From: Felis catus
Lineage: Eukaryota
Assembly (NCBI RefSeq): GCF_018350175.1
Contig: NC_058368.1
Location: forward strand, 9,672,001-9,736,000
Direction: 5' to 3'
Length of the DNA: 64,000 bases
The translations under genes and the position numbers were made by a program. Under the pieces are notes generated by a model. That model made no database searches, had not been told where the DNA came from, and worked only from the letters and a program-made list of their open reading frames with translations. Shown here piece after piece: positions 37,345-50,406 of the stretch (position 1 is its first letter; each line of letters starts with the position of its first letter).

Positions 37345-37510
37345 TGACATGCAGGAGACTTACCTGGGTACTTGGTTAAAATCTTGCTGGTTTCTGGGTC
37401 CCCCTCCCCACCCCCTCAGGATTTTGATTCCGGAAGTCTCCAATGGCACCCCGGGGCTTCACATTTTGGTATTGAATTCTGGGACTAGAGGTCTTCTCAG
37501 ACTTCATTCT
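37345..37510. mobile_element. MER5-like MITE remnant
   Basis: cttacctgggtacttggttaaaa...ctgggtcccctccccacc...gattttgattc. Confidence 0.45.
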
Positions 37511-38394
37511 GACAGTCTGAGATGCAGCCTGACTCTGGTCATTCAAGTGAATGAGGAGGAGAACAGGAGGGAACGATGGGCCGATTCCCTGGCTGGTGCT
37601 GGCCAGCATGCTGACCCTGCATCTAGATCCCGTGCCTTCCTTGGGTCCTGATTGCCTGCTCATCAATTCACAGACATTTAATGAGCACTTACTAGAAGTT
37701 CACTGAGCCGGCATTAGGTATAAGAAGGTAGCCGCAGTGGTTTCTGTGCAGGGATCTCAGGGAACTGAATGCCAAGCCCAGGGCCTGACACAGGTGTCAG
37801 TTTCAGTGTTTCCTACCGATGCCATTCTTTCCAGGGACGCCCTTGAGCCCATCACCAGCCCGTCCTCCAGCCCAGCACTGTGCATTTTCACGTCTCCTTC
37901 CTATCCGTTACTTCTGCATTATAGGTGGGTACTTAACCTAGCACTGCTTAGGCGCTCTTTAGATATTTGGGGGATTTAATTTCCTTTGGCAAATGTATCT
38001 TCTGTAACTTGGTCCATGTTCATGGAATCATCACATAGTTGAGCCGGGAACTGTCCCAGAAGCTGAGGAGGCGACGGTGCACAAAATTTAAAAATCCCTG
38101 CCTACGTGGGGAAGAGAGGCCATACGAACAACCTGTTTGGACTTCTGTATTTGATTGCTGTCTGTACCCTGAAATGTGCTGCAGGCTTGTTTGTTCTGGC
38201 TCCTACCTTAGTTCCCTGCCAGGCGGACTTCTTTCCCAACCCTGGTCTACACCAGCCCTGTCCTGGGGCAATTCTCTGTGTGGCGGAGAGCTCTCGGTTA
38301 TCCAAGCGTCTGCAGCTCCTCTAGGCTCTAACCTCTAGGCTCTAACCACGATCAGTCATTCATTTCCAAATGCCAGAAGTTTCTACACTATGTT

Positions 38395-38553
38395 AATTTT
38401 GATTTTATTACTTGTTTTTGAGAGAGAGAGAGAGAGAGAGCGCGCGCGCGCGCGCGCAAGTGGGGAGGGCCAGAGAGAAAGAGGATCCGAAGGGGGCTCT
38501 GCGCTGACCACAGAAAACCTGATTCATGGCTCGAATTCAAAACTGAGATCATG
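38395..38553 (-). mobile_element. 5'-truncated CAN-SINE with (GA)n(GC)9
   Basis: Direct reading. Confidence 0.85.
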
Positions 38554-38800
38554 AGCAATCAGTTAATTTTTTTTTAAATGCAGCTTGTATATCCTCTCTC
38601 TCAGAATATGAAGGGAAGACTTGATAAAGCCAAGTGATTCCGCGGTCTCTCATTTGTTTTGTTCTTTTGCAATAGTGCTTTTCTTTTGAAGTGTCTCCGC
38701 TATTACACCAAATATAAAAATAACTCTGCTTTGCATGCATATTCCATAACTTATTTTGAGCAGAACTTTTAATAATTTATCAGTCAAAGATAATCTTACC

Positions 38801-39011
38801 TTTATTATTTTTTTAATTTAAAAAAATTTTTTATGTTTATTTTTGAGAGAGAGGGAGCAGGGGAGGGGCAGAGAGAGAGGGGGACAGAGGATCCAAAGTG
38901 GGCTCTGTGTTGATAGCAGACAGCCAGATGTGGGGCTCGAACTCATCAACTGTGAGATCATGACCTGAGCCAAAGTCAGACGCTTAACCAACCGAGCCAC
39001 CCAGGCACCCC
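38801..39011 (-). mobile_element. CAN-SINE
   Basis: TSD aagat(a/c)atcttaccttt. Confidence 0.92.
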
Positions 39012-39193
39012 AAGATCATCTTACCTTTAAATGTGTGATTTGGGGGTACCGCATATGTTTTGCTGCAATTTTGAGCTCCTTGTATTTTTAAATCCAAGTC
39101 CAGTTTTATTCATAAAAATGAGAGGGGATTTCAGTTTTCCAAATACTCTACAAAGTCAGTTGCATCTGAAAATTCAGGTTAAAGAAGTCTAAC

Positions 39194-39436
39194 TTTAATT
39201 TTTCTGATTAAAAAAGTATTTTGAGAGACAGAGTATTTTTTTATTAAAAAAGTATTTTGAGAGACAGAGCACGAGCAGAGGAGAGGCAGAGAAAGAGGGA
39301 GACACAGAATCGGAAGCAGGTCCCAGGCTCCGAGCTGTCAGCACAGAGCCCGCCGCGGTGCTCGAACCCACAATCCTTGAGGTTATGACCTGAGCTGAAG
39401 TCGGACACTTAACCGACTGAGCCACCCCGCACCCCC
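39194..39436 (-). mobile_element. CAN-SINE with 36 bp-period duplication in tail
   Basis: attaaaaaagtattttgagagacagag at 39207 and 39243. Confidence 0.9.
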
Positions 39437-39705
39437 AAAAGTGTGATTTTAACTACTTCTCTAAAGAGTCAACTTTTTGTGAAAATGCCCCTCAAATATC
39501 TTATTTCTATCTCTTCACGTGGGTATATTTGTATACTTGACCTCTGTCTGTTCTTGTCTTTGACTCTTTGCATGTCTTTTATCATCTTCCAAGCCTGTAT
39601 GATTTCCTGTTGAGAAATATGTGAACTGGGTTAATGGAAATTCTTTGAGAAACACATTCAAACACGAGGATTTCACTTTTCTGCTGTGAAGTACGAGATA
39701 AGCAA

Positions 39706-40150
39706 TTTATTATTTTATTTTATTTAAAAAAAATTTTTTTTAATGTTTATTTATTTTTGAGACAGAGAGAGACAGAGCATGAACGGGGGAGGGTCAGAGA
39801 GAGGGAGACACAGAATCAGAAACAGGCTCCAGGCTCTGAGCTGTCAGCACAGAGGCCGACGCGGGGCTCGAACTCATGGACCGTGAGATCATGACCTGAG
39901 CCGAAGTCGGACACTTAACTGACTAAGCCACCCAGGCGCCCCTATTTTATTTTATTTTTTAATGGTTATTTATTTTTGAGAGAGAGAGAGAGAGAGAGTA
40001 CGCAAACCGGAGGCAGAGAGAGGGGATCCAAAACCGGCTCTGCACTGACAGCCGTGAGCCCAGCATGGGGCTTGAACTCGCAAACTGTGACATCATGACC
40101 TGAGCTGAAGTCAGACACGCAACCCGACTGAGCCACCCAGGCCCCCCCCC
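39706..40150 (-). mobile_element. Two nested CAN-SINEs (39706-39942 inserted in tail of 39943-40150)
   Basis: Outer TSD agataagcaattta. Confidence 0.88.
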
Positions 40151-42240
40151 AAGATAAGCAATTTAATGTGCACATAGTATTAGTCTTTAGTAATACACAG
40201 TGTTAAAATGCCACGAATCCCTGATGGTCACTCTAAAAAGCAGCCAGGTTGCTGTGCTTAGCACAAGTTCAAACTGCTACATTAGAACTTAATTTGAGAG
40301 TCTGCGCATATGCACCATGGAAAGCAGCCAGCACTGGATGGAACCATCCGTCAGAGCAGTTGGGGTTGGAAAAAACCCCAAGATCTGGCTGCTCTGATAT
40401 AATGAGAATGCAGACATCATGATATTGACACAGTGACACATTCCCACCACAACCCAAGGTTTACTTCGAGAACCTGAAAGAGATAATGTGCTGCATTCTT
40501 TTCTCTTCGTACCACCCCCCCCCGCCCCCGCTGCCCAGGGGTGATGGTTAAGAGGGGGTGTGGGGTAAGGGTGAAAAATATGAACCTGGATCTGGACGGG
40601 CCACAATAACAACCGTGAGAAATCCACTCTTGTTGTACCTGGTGCTTCCCCTCACTGAACTGACATTTAGTGATTGGAATACCTGAACGCACACCAAAAC
40701 TTGGGTGTCTTATTTTAGGCTAAAATCGGGGCTCAGGTGGGTGGCCTTGGGAAAGGGAACCAGACAGATGCAAACTTTACAGGAAAAAAAAAAAAAAATA
40801 GTGTCTCCAACTCGAGGTTTGGCCCAGCTGCTCTGAAGGCTGTTTCTGTTTTTTGTTTTTTGTTTTTTAAACCCTGCCTCGGCTTTCGTTCTCTTTAATG
40901 ACATTTTCATGCTCTCCCCCACCCCACCCCCAGTACCTCTCCAGTAAAATCTTTACCAGGCACGCTGGGACTCCTGCCCTTCCCTTCAGTAATTGGTGAT
41001 AAGATTTCTCCTGTAGTACAGATACATACAGATTTGTTCCCTCTCCTGCTTTTATGATACTATTTTAGAAACGGAGCTGCCGTTAAAGGTTGTGTTTGAA
41101 CACATCTTTGGAACAAGAACTTTAATTAAGGGATCAAAAGGCTTAAGCTCATGCTTTTTAATAACTGAAGCGAGTGTCTATAATTTTTCCTATCTAAAAT
41201 CTATGGAAATTCTTATCAGCCTAGCTTCTTTTACTTCCAACTTGTAACGAAACTTTTCCTTCAAGCTTCCTTTTTTATGCCCAGTAGGACCAACTCTTGT
41301 GATTATCATCAGCTAGAGGAAATCCCTACGTCTCCCCGGGTAACATGAAGTCGCCATGTTGCCAAGGACCCTAGGGATTTTCTTCTGTGGTCATGGTCAC
41401 AGCCAAAGTCTTCTTGAAGGACACATTTTCATTTCATTGCCATATTCGGTGGCTAAGAGCCTTCTGGTTACGTGGCTAAACTTGTAGAATTGAATTTGCT
41501 CGATTCAATGGCCGAAGAAACCCACCGATGACTGTATGTACTCATACATATGAAATAAATGACACGTGCCAGCCCCCGGAAGATGAGCCATTCCTCCTGC
41601 TAATCTGGGGAGATGTGTGTGAGTTGTCTTGCTTTTTGTTTTGGAGGGCGAGGGCTGCTGGTGTGGGTAGATTTCCAAACCACCGCAGAGAACCTGATGG
41701 GGGGAAACTCACAGCAGGCTCAGGGAGCAGTCCTACGTTGGGGGGGGGAGGGGTGGGGGAGAGCTAGAAAAAGATTGGAGAGTTCCAGGAACTGGAATTG
41801 TTTAGCATGCAAAGCAGGGACAGGAGAATTGTCGTGTCCTACCACAAGTGAAATTCAGAGAAAACAGGGATTTCGACCCCAGTGGAACATAAAAGGTCAG
41901 ACTTTAAATTTAGAACCAATAATCGCCATGAGTTGATTAATGACATGAACCAGCCTAAAGTTGGTATCCCAAACTTCTGGCGTGTGGCTTTTGTGTTCTC
42001 TTAGCTCTGTAACACTTTGTCTGGAATACAAGCATCTAGGTAAAGGTAGATTTCCAGATCCTTGGAAAGTCAGCTTTCGCCCACACATAAGAAAAACTGT
42101 AAAATGTCAAGTGGGCTCAGATGTGGGTCTTGCCCCTCGGGGTGTTTTGCTCACAGTGTCACTGTTGGAATGGGGTTGGGGGGTCTGTCATGAGGGTGCA
42201 AGCACACTCCGTGAAATCACCTTCAAAAGCTTGAGACAGC

Positions 42241-42441
42241 TTTTTAAAAAAAATGTTTATTTGTTTATTTTGACACACACACAGAATGGGGAGGGGCAGA
42301 AAGCGAAGGAGAGAGAGAATCCCAGTGCACTCCACGCTTAGCTCATAGCCCGACATGGGGCCCCATCTCACGTCCGTGAGCTCACGACCTGAACTGAAAT
42401 CAAGAGTCAGACACTTAACCGACTGAGCCCCCCGGTGCCCC
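42241..42441 (-). mobile_element. CAN-SINE
   Basis: Reverse SINE. Confidence 0.88.
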
Positions 42442-43589
42442 GAGACCTCTTTCAAATGGATTTTTCTAGCTTAATAATAGCCAACTGTAGATTTGTCATG
42501 AGAGAACCATTCTACCAACCTTATTGAATATATTTTTATTTTCACTTTGTTGACTTGGAGTAGTGAGTAAAAACGAAATGATTTCCCTCCCTTAAGCTAG
42601 ATGTTGACCATTTAGAAACACAGCCTAAGAGACTTCCAAAAACGAGTAAATATCTCCTGCTGTTTGAATGGCCAGCCTTCAGACTGATTAAGAAAGTGCT
42701 CAGGCAGGTATTCTGAGTCACTGTGTGATTCCAGACATGCCCACTGACCTCTCTCCAGGCGTAAGTGAAGTTAATGTTTTTCCTCTCACCAGCTCACAGT
42801 GGTGCTTGGGGGACGGGAAAAATGAATGTGGCAAAGTCCAGTGCAGAGTTTTTAAATGCCGTAGGAAAAATCAGGTAAAAAAAACAAAAAACAAACCAAA
42901 CAAACCACTTCTTTTTGGTGAAATGTAGCCTGCTGGGTGAAAGACACAGGGCATACGGTCTTCTTGGCTCCCGGACAAAAGTATCCATCCTTCTCTAACT
43001 CCAAATGAAAGGTAGAGAAACACCACGGAAGGTTTTAAGAAAGGGAGCGGAGTGTTCTGTAGACCTACGAGGCGAGTCCTTGTTCTTTTCTCCTGTCTCC
43101 GGGACAGAAAATGTGGTCAATATCAAGATGTTTCGTTGCTGATACTTACATAGAGAGACCTCAGCGCTCACCTCTCAAAACACATGTCTTCGGATGCCAA
43201 TTTCACCGCTGAAAGTGAGCAGAACTGAGCTGTCCTAAAGCGGGGTTAGTGGTGTCATTGTGGGCGTTGGGAGGGTGCCCAGGCTGTGTCTTTCGTCCGT
43301 TCTCAACTGTTGCTTCTTAAGACACACACATTCGTGCCCCAGCGTGGTGTCCAGCCCGTGCTGACACACACATACTCTGCTGGAACGCCTTTCCCTACTC
43401 GCGGGCCACGGGCACATCGTTTTACGACACAGGGTTGTCTGAATGGCCATCTTTCGAGCAGCACGCGCTCTGAAGCATCCTTCGCCACTTCATGGGGAAA
43501 TGTAATCAGAAGTCAGGCTGGCTGGGCGTCTAATGAGAGAGAAGCAAAGGCTTCATTAAAGACGAGTTGTTTAAAATGTCAGCAAGGGG

Positions 43590-43790
43590 GGGGCACCCGG
43601 GTGGCTCGGTTGGTGGAGCATCTGACCTCTGCCCAGGTCATGATCTCGAGGTTCGTGAGTTCAAGCCCCACGTCAGGCTCGCTGCTGTCAGCTGTAGGTG
43701 CAGGGCCTGCTTTGGATCCTCTGTCCCCCTCTCTCTGCCTGTCCCCCCCCCCCCCGGTTGCACTGTCCCAAAGATAAATAAATAAATAAA
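43590..43790 (+). mobile_element. CAN-SINE
   Basis: TSD taaaatgtca. Confidence 0.9.
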
Positions 43791-44085
43791 ATGTCAACCA
43801 GGAAACAAGCGTTCAGTTTTTTTCTTCATGGGAACACCATGCTGCCTGCAACCCCACCAAGGCAAGAAACCTGGAAATAAGTTACCATGAAATGGATGGA
43901 AAAGTCTGAGAGTGTTTGGTTTTCTCTGTGGCTGGTTGGTTGGTTTTTTGGTCTCACCAAAAGTAGCCACCAGCCCATCAAGTTTGGGAGACACAGTTTC
44001 AGAAAGCACAAATGCCTGCCCCCACGTGAAGCTACTTTTCCATACCCATGGAACATTTGGAGAACCGAAAATGTAATTTGCTCGT

Positions 44086-44369
44086 TTGTTTTTTTTTAAT
44101 CACTTGCATTTCTTTTTTTTTATAATTTTTTTTTTAATTTTAGAGAGATGGCGGGGGGAGAGAGGGGCAGAGGGAGAGAGAGAGAGGGTGGGGGAGAGGG
44201 GCAGAGGGAGAGAGAGTGAGTGGGTGGGGGAGAGAGAGAGAAAATCCAAAGTAGGCTCCACGCGTAGCTTGGAGCCCGATGGTGGGGCTCGATCCCATGA
44301 CCTCGGGATCATGACCCAAGCCGAAATTAAGAGTTGGACGCTCAACCAACTGAGCCACCCGGGCACCCC
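44086..44369 (-). mobile_element. CAN-SINE
   Basis: Reverse SINE with expanded GA region. Confidence 0.9.
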
Positions 44370-44713
44370 AATTTGTTTATTTTTTTGTTAATTTGTCCAC
44401 CGAACTTTATCGAGCACCTACACTGTACCAAGCAGTTAGTGCTGGAGATACAAGCATAAAGGAGACCCAAATACTGCCTCGAGGAGGCTCCAGGCCCATA
44501 CTCCATTGTGGGTTCTGCATGTGTGGTTTAAGCTAATTTCCCCAACTGGACTATGCACACTGAACATCAGAATCAGAGACAAGTGATTTCTTCCACTCAC
44601 CAATAGCTTAATTTTCACTAAAAAATGCTGTGTCTAAAGAAAGACATTCCTGTGACCTATTTCAAAGACTTCATTTAAAAACACACTTGGAAAACACAAG
44701 TACAATAGTGGTC

Positions 44714-44938
44714 TTTTTTTTTTTTTTAATTTTGTTTTTCAATGTTTATTTATTTTTGGGACAGAGAGAGAGCATGAACAGGGGAGGGGCAGAGAGAGAG
44801 GGAGACACAGAATCGGAAACAGGCTCCAGGCTCTGAGCCATCAGCCCAGAGCCCGACGCGGGGCTCGAACTCACGGACCGCGAGATCGTGACCTGGCTGA
44901 AGTCGGTCGCTTAACCGACTGCGCCACCCAGGCGCCCC
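44714..44938 (-). mobile_element. Young felid SINE (SINEC_Fc-like)
   Basis: TSD aatagtggtctttttt. Confidence 0.95.
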
Positions 44939-45272
44939 AATAGTGGTCTTTTTTGATTCTAAAGTGAGGTGACGTTACTGGGCACCCATAGAGCCTGAGT
45001 AGCTACAACAGCGGATCAGAAAAGGTGAGGTTAAAGGGACACTTGTTGGGCCCCCTTTGGTTCAATGATCTTGAATCCTAATCCCTCTTCTCCATATGGG
45101 AGAGGCTTACAAGGCCGTCACCCCCAAGAGGCCAAGGAGGCAAGTCCAGCAGTAATGGCTTCACACGGACTGAGTGCCATCAGAGAGACGTGTTTTTTCA
45201 GAGGGGGAGAAATGCCTTACAAATAATGAGATCGACCAGACCCTACCTATGGAGGGGTAGGCAGAAGTGGAG

Positions 45273-45487
45273 CGTGGGCCTGGGCGGCTCGGTCCGTTGA
45301 GCATCCGACTTTGGCTTGGGTCGTGATCTCACAGTTGGTGAGTTTGAGCCCGGCATGGGGCTCCCTGCTGTTAGCTTGGAGCCCCTTTGGATCCTTTGTC
45401 TCCCTCTCTCTCTCTCTCCCCTCCCCGGCTTGCACTCTCTCTCTCTCTCTCTCTGTCTGAAAAATAAATAAACATTAAAAAAAAAAA
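45273..45487 (+). mobile_element. CAN-SINE
   Basis: Diverged head, (CT)n, A tail. Confidence 0.85.
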
Positions 45488-46097
45488 GTCCAGTGTTGGC
45501 CTGACCCCTCTGATACTGACCACGTGCTCCGGCCAGTCACCTTACCTCTTTGGGCCCCAGGTTCCTCACTTGAGACAGGAGGTCATTTTGCCAGATGACG
45601 TCTGAAGGCCCTTCTGATTCTAACGTGTTATTCTGTGATGAAGGCACCACTAGGTAGCGTGTGGGCCAGGGTGGCGTCAGTGCTCCGAATAGAATAATTG
45701 TGGTGCGGCTGCTGGGTTAATAATTTACCGAAATGAGCTATTTCACACCTCTGCTCCGTGTCCTCCTTTCCGACTCTCAGCAGGAAAACAAACGGCAAAC
45801 AGCAATGCCTTAATTCACAAGCAAAGATTATTTCTGGCAATTGGAAAAGTGAGGCACTTCTGTGTTTACACACACCCGTTATAGACATAAATATGAGTAT
45901 ACATTTGTAAATGTGTCCATACGTGCTATCAGTTGTCATTAATCGTGAATATCCCAAATCATAGAGTTATAATAGCTAATATTTATTGAGCACATATTAT
46001 GTGCCAAGCACCGATAAAGGCTTTGTGTACCTTATCGGTAACTTCTTTTTTTTTTTTTATTGGTAACTTCTTTTCATTAATTTATTCTGTTTCCATC

Positions 46098-46339
46098 TTT
46101 TTTTTTTTAAAGGATTAAATTTTTTTTTTTTTTAATGTTTATTGATTTGAGAGAGAGAAAGTGAGAGAGCTCACACGTGCCAGCTTGGTAGGGTCAGAGC
46201 GAGAAAGAGAGAATCCCAAGCAGGCTCCAGGCTGTCAGCACCAGAGCCCGATGCGGGGCTCGATCTCAGGAACCTGAGATCGTGACCAGAGAGGAAACCA
46301 AGAGTCGGATGCTTAACTGACTGAGCCCCCCAGTCACCC
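46098..46339 (-). mobile_element. CAN-SINE
   Basis: TSD ttct(g/a)tttccatctt. Confidence 0.9.
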
Positions 46340-47516
46340 CTCTTCTATTTCCATCTTAACGCCCACAATTGACTTCCCCAAATAGGGAAATTTATAAAGT
46401 TTATTGCAAACGTTTTGTCTGGCAGGCATAGCCGTTAGAGTGTGGGAAACAATATTTCAAAAAAAGCGCCCTCCATTTTTCTGATCTTTGGTCCAAGGCC
46501 TCTCTAGAAATGCATGCATTTGACCATGTTCATGTGTAAGGGTACGGACTTTGCCTCTAAAACACTCTCCTCTTTGGGACAGAGAGGGAAGCTCTCGGGA
46601 GGTTCTGGAGGGTGGGAGACCTTGCCCTCTCCGGTGAGATCAGAAAAGAATGTCCACAAGGCTCAAGGAAAATGTTTCTGGCAATGAGCGTTGTGTTTGG
46701 TAAGTTACTATGATATTCGGATCACGTGTCCTGGAAACAGTTGTAGAATACATTTTCACATAACTGAGACAATCCAGGTGTGCTGCTTTCTGTCTGGACC
46801 CTGCCAACCTCCACACGAGTACCGAAACGTCACGGGATCGCTCATTCCCACATGCTTTGCTCGTGCGGCACTCCCAAACAGTTACGGAACATTAAGTCGC
46901 AGAAGGGACGTGGCTCGTCTTACGATGATTAGCATTCTACGTGTTTCCCCAAGATGTACAAATATAAAATATGCTGGGTTCTCCTCATATGCTCGCCTAT
47001 GGAAAATGAATACAAACTGTTTACGTTGGCTTCAACACATGCCATTTTCTTGCTTAGTGGGTTTTGATCCTCTTCAGCTTCTCAAGATACCAGGATCCGT
47101 ATTGACTACAATAGTGAATTTCATGCTCCCAGCCTCCCTCCTCTCTTTTCTTTTTAATGACTCCATTGTTAAATAAATGGATAATGTCAGCTTTCCCAAT
47201 AGCACCGATAGTGTTTGTTGCTGTTTCCTAAGTAATTTAGGAAAAGCAACTGAAGCAGAGAGAAGCTAAATTTTTTATGACTGTATTCTCCTCTACTGGA
47301 TATCACTATAATCTTCAATATTAACGCCTTCCTTACAAGTGTAAGGTTGGAAAATTGAAGTCGCTGGGTTAGATTGATAAATGCAACAATTGGGAAATGT
47401 TCTCAGGTGCCGAGCCGATTCTGCTTTGATCATTAAGTGAAAAGAGTGCTTCGCTTAGTGCGTGCATTATCTAAATATCTAATGTGTGTTTATGTACTCT
47501 TAATTGTTGTAATACC

Positions 47517-47742
47517 TTTTTTTTTTAAATTTTTTTTTTCAACGTTTATTTATTTTTGGGACAGAGAGAGACAGAGCATGAACGGGGGAGGGGCAGAGAG
47601 AGAGGGAGACACAGAATCGGAAACAGGCTCCAGGCTCTGAGCCATCAGCCCAGAGCCCGATGCGGGGCTCGAACTCACGGACCGCGAGATCGTGACCTGG
47701 CTGAAGTCGGACGCTTAACCGACTGCGCCACCCAGGCGCCCC
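47517..47742 (-). mobile_element. Young felid SINE (SINEC_Fc-like)
   Basis: TSD tgtaataccttttt. Confidence 0.95.
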
Positions 47743-47755
47743 GGCCTGTAATACC

Positions 47756-47968
47756 TTTTTTATCTTTTTTTTTTTTTTTAAGTTTACGTATTTATTTTGA
47801 GAAAGAGAGAGAGTACAAGCGGGGGAGGGGCAGAGAGAGAGAGAGGGAGGGAGAGAGAGAATCCCAGGCAGGCTCGGAGCTAACAGCTTGGTCCCACAAA
47901 CTATGAGATCGTGACCCGAGCCGAAACCAAGAGTCAGACGTTTAACCGACTGAGCCACCCAGCTGCCT
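47756..47968 (-). mobile_element. CAN-SINE (older)
   Basis: Flanked by tg(t/g)aatacctt. Confidence 0.88.
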
Positions 47969-48000
47969 CTGGAATACCTTCTTAAAATTATCCCCTCTTA

Positions 48001-48164
48001 GGGGCACCCCGGGGGCTCCGTTGGTTAAGCGTCCGACTTCGGCTCAGGTCGTGATCTCACGGCTCATGAGTTCGAGCCCCGCGTCGGGCTCCGTGCTGAC
48101 AGCTCGGGGCCTGGAGCCTGCTTCGGATTCTGTGTCTCCCTCTCTCTCTGCCCCTTCCCTGTTC

Positions 48165-48203
<39 letters not shown>

Positions 48204-48236
48204 AACACATAAACATAAAAAAATAAAAATAAAAAA
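48001..48236 (+). mobile_element. CAN-SINE
   Basis: Head-to-head with the previous copy. Confidence 0.92.
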
Positions 48237-48664
48237 CAACTATGTCTTCCTTACGACCCCTAGCTCTCTCCAAAGGCTAAGCGTCTCTTGTGGTCCTGAG
48301 CTAATCTGTGTTTCAGCCCCCTCTCTGCACGGCTTATCCAGAGCCCCAGCCTTACCAGTTGCCCCCAAGTTTCCGTCTCCCCCTGCTTGCGTCCTCCCGC
48401 CGTGGCCTCTCTTCCTTTTGCATTTGAGGGTATGTTGGTTGCACGCTTCACTTTGGGGCATGTCTGTGTTTAGGGCATAGAGTCCGAGCAAGCACTCTGT
48501 GAGTGGAGGAAGGCGCACGCGAACGGATGTTGTGACGGCAGAGGTGGTATTTGCTCCTCAGTTTGGGGCGATCTAATAGTATTTTCCCCAGCACACGTTA
48601 AAGAAAATGCTATACTGAAGCAAATGAGCGTATCTAAAGTTTACGTAGAGTGCAGTAGGAATTC

Positions 48665-49131
48665 GTTTTTATTTATTTAAAAAAACATTTTTTTTTGGCA
48701 TTCATTTTTTTTTTTTAATGGTTTTTAAATTTTTTTTTCCAACGTTTTTTATTTGTTTTTGGGACAGAGAGAGACAGAGCATGAACGGGGGAGGGGCAGA
48801 GAGAGGGGGAGACACAGAATGGAAGCAGGCTCCAGGCTCCGAGCCATCAGCCCAGAGCCTGATGCGGGGCTCGAACTCACGGGCCGCGAGATTGTGACCT
48901 GGCTGAAGTCGGACGCTTAACCGACTGCGCCACCCAGGCGCCCCTGGCATTCATTTTTGAGAGACAGTGTGAGCAAGGGAGGGGCAGAGAGAGAGACACA
49001 GAATCCGAAGCGGGCTCCAGGCTCCGAGCTGTCGGCACAGAGCCCGGCGCGGGGCTCGAACCCACGAACCGTGAGATCATGACCTGAGCCGAAGTCGGAT
49101 GTTCAACATGACTGAGCCACCCAGGCACCCC
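48665..49131 (-). mobile_element. Young SINE (48704-48944) nested in tail of older CAN-SINE
   Basis: Inner TSD tggcattcattttt. Confidence 0.9.
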
Positions 49132-49218
49132 CCTACTCCAATTAAAGCAACTTCCAGAAACAGTTCGTCTTCAAAAGTGCATTATCTAGGCAAAGGATTC
49201 TTTATTAATAATCTGCAT

Positions 49219-49436
49219 CGGGGTTTGACAAACTACTGCATCGGGGTGGGCCAAATCCAGCCCACCTCTGGTTTTCGCAACCAAGATTTTCTTGGAACGC
49301 AACCTCACCCGTTTTTTTCCGTGTGGTCCGCGGCTGCTTCCCGCCACAATGGCAGAGTTGAGTCATTGTGACAAAGACCCCGTGACCCACAAGATCAAAA
49401 ATGGCCCCCTTCACGGAGAAAGTTTGCTAATCCTTC
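49219..49436 (+). mobile_element. MER58A-like hAT-Charlie MITE
   Basis: gggccaaatccagcccacc...ggcagagttgagtcattgtgacaaagacc...gaaagtttgctaatcc. Confidence 0.8.
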
Positions 49437-49628
49437 ACCTACGTGATCTAAGGATATAGTAATTTGTCTGGAAGTGCTATTGACTTGGAAATGTAATACG
49501 GTCGGATATTTTATTTTCTGAAGTAAGGGAGGGATCCGGGCCCTCTCTGTGGCCCTCCCACCAGCTGTAGATGTAGGGCCTGAAATCTGGCCGACTGGCT
49601 AAGGGAGCGGTAACCTCTGGTTACTAAG

Positions 49629-49738
49629 TATAGTAACCAACTCGTTCTGGGTTTTCGGGGACTTTCGTGACTTTCAAACTGAGTTCCACACGTTCTGGGA
49701 AATCAGTCCTGGGTAGACCAGTAGGGTTGGCCACCCTG
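49629..49738. mobile_element. MER81-like hAT MITE
   Basis: gtaaccaactcgttctgggtt...cagtcctgggtagaccag...ggttggccaccct. Confidence 0.55.
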
Positions 49739-49751
49739 ACGTAGGGTGGGG

Positions 49752-49955
49752 TCTGGGGCAGACCGACTTGGGTTCAAATCCCACTTTTGTGACTTTACGC
49801 TGTGCAGCCTTGAGCAAGTTAATTTGTCTCTCTGAACCCCAAATACCCTATCTATGAATTGGGGTTGGACTATTTTGAGGGGTCATCATAAGAATTAAAG
49901 GAGATTATGTACAGAGAGCGTAGCACCTAATAGGCACTTACTGAATACTCGTTCC
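49752..49955 (+). mobile_element. MIR
   Basis: gacttgggttcaaatccca...ccttgagcaagttaatttgtctctctgaacc. Confidence 0.75.
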
Positions 49956-50069
49956 ATTCCTACACTTTGGACCACTGTGAACTTTTGTTAATTCAGTCTT
50001 TAACCAAAATTCCTTTTCTCACAAAACTATCAGAAAGAAAAATTTAAACTACTTTTCTGATGGCCTCCA

Positions 50070-50287
50070 TTTTTTTTTTTAATTTTTAAAAATGTTTTAT
50101 TTTATTTTTGAGAGAGAGAGAGCGTGAGAGCCGGGGAGGAGCAGAGAGAGAGACACAGAATCCAAAGCAGGCTCCAGGCTCCAAGCTGTCAACACAGAGC
50201 CCAACGCAGGGCTTGAACTCACAAACTGTGAGATCATGACCTGAACCAAAGTCCGATGCTTAACCAACTGGGCCACCCAGGCGCCCT
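50070..50287 (-). mobile_element. CAN-SINE
   Basis: Reverse SINE. Confidence 0.9.
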
Positions 50288-50406
50288 GTCCTCGATTTTC
50301 TGACGTTATTCCTGTGCCCCTTACAAGGCAATGCTCTACAATCAAATAACTTGTTCTGCAGTGGGGGAAAAAGCCCATACACAAAAAATTGCCTGATTTT
50401 TAGCGT

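Noticed and set aside
46691..47176. 161 aa + ORF
   Set aside because: Non-ATG start, no codon bias or recognisable domain, no convincing splice signals
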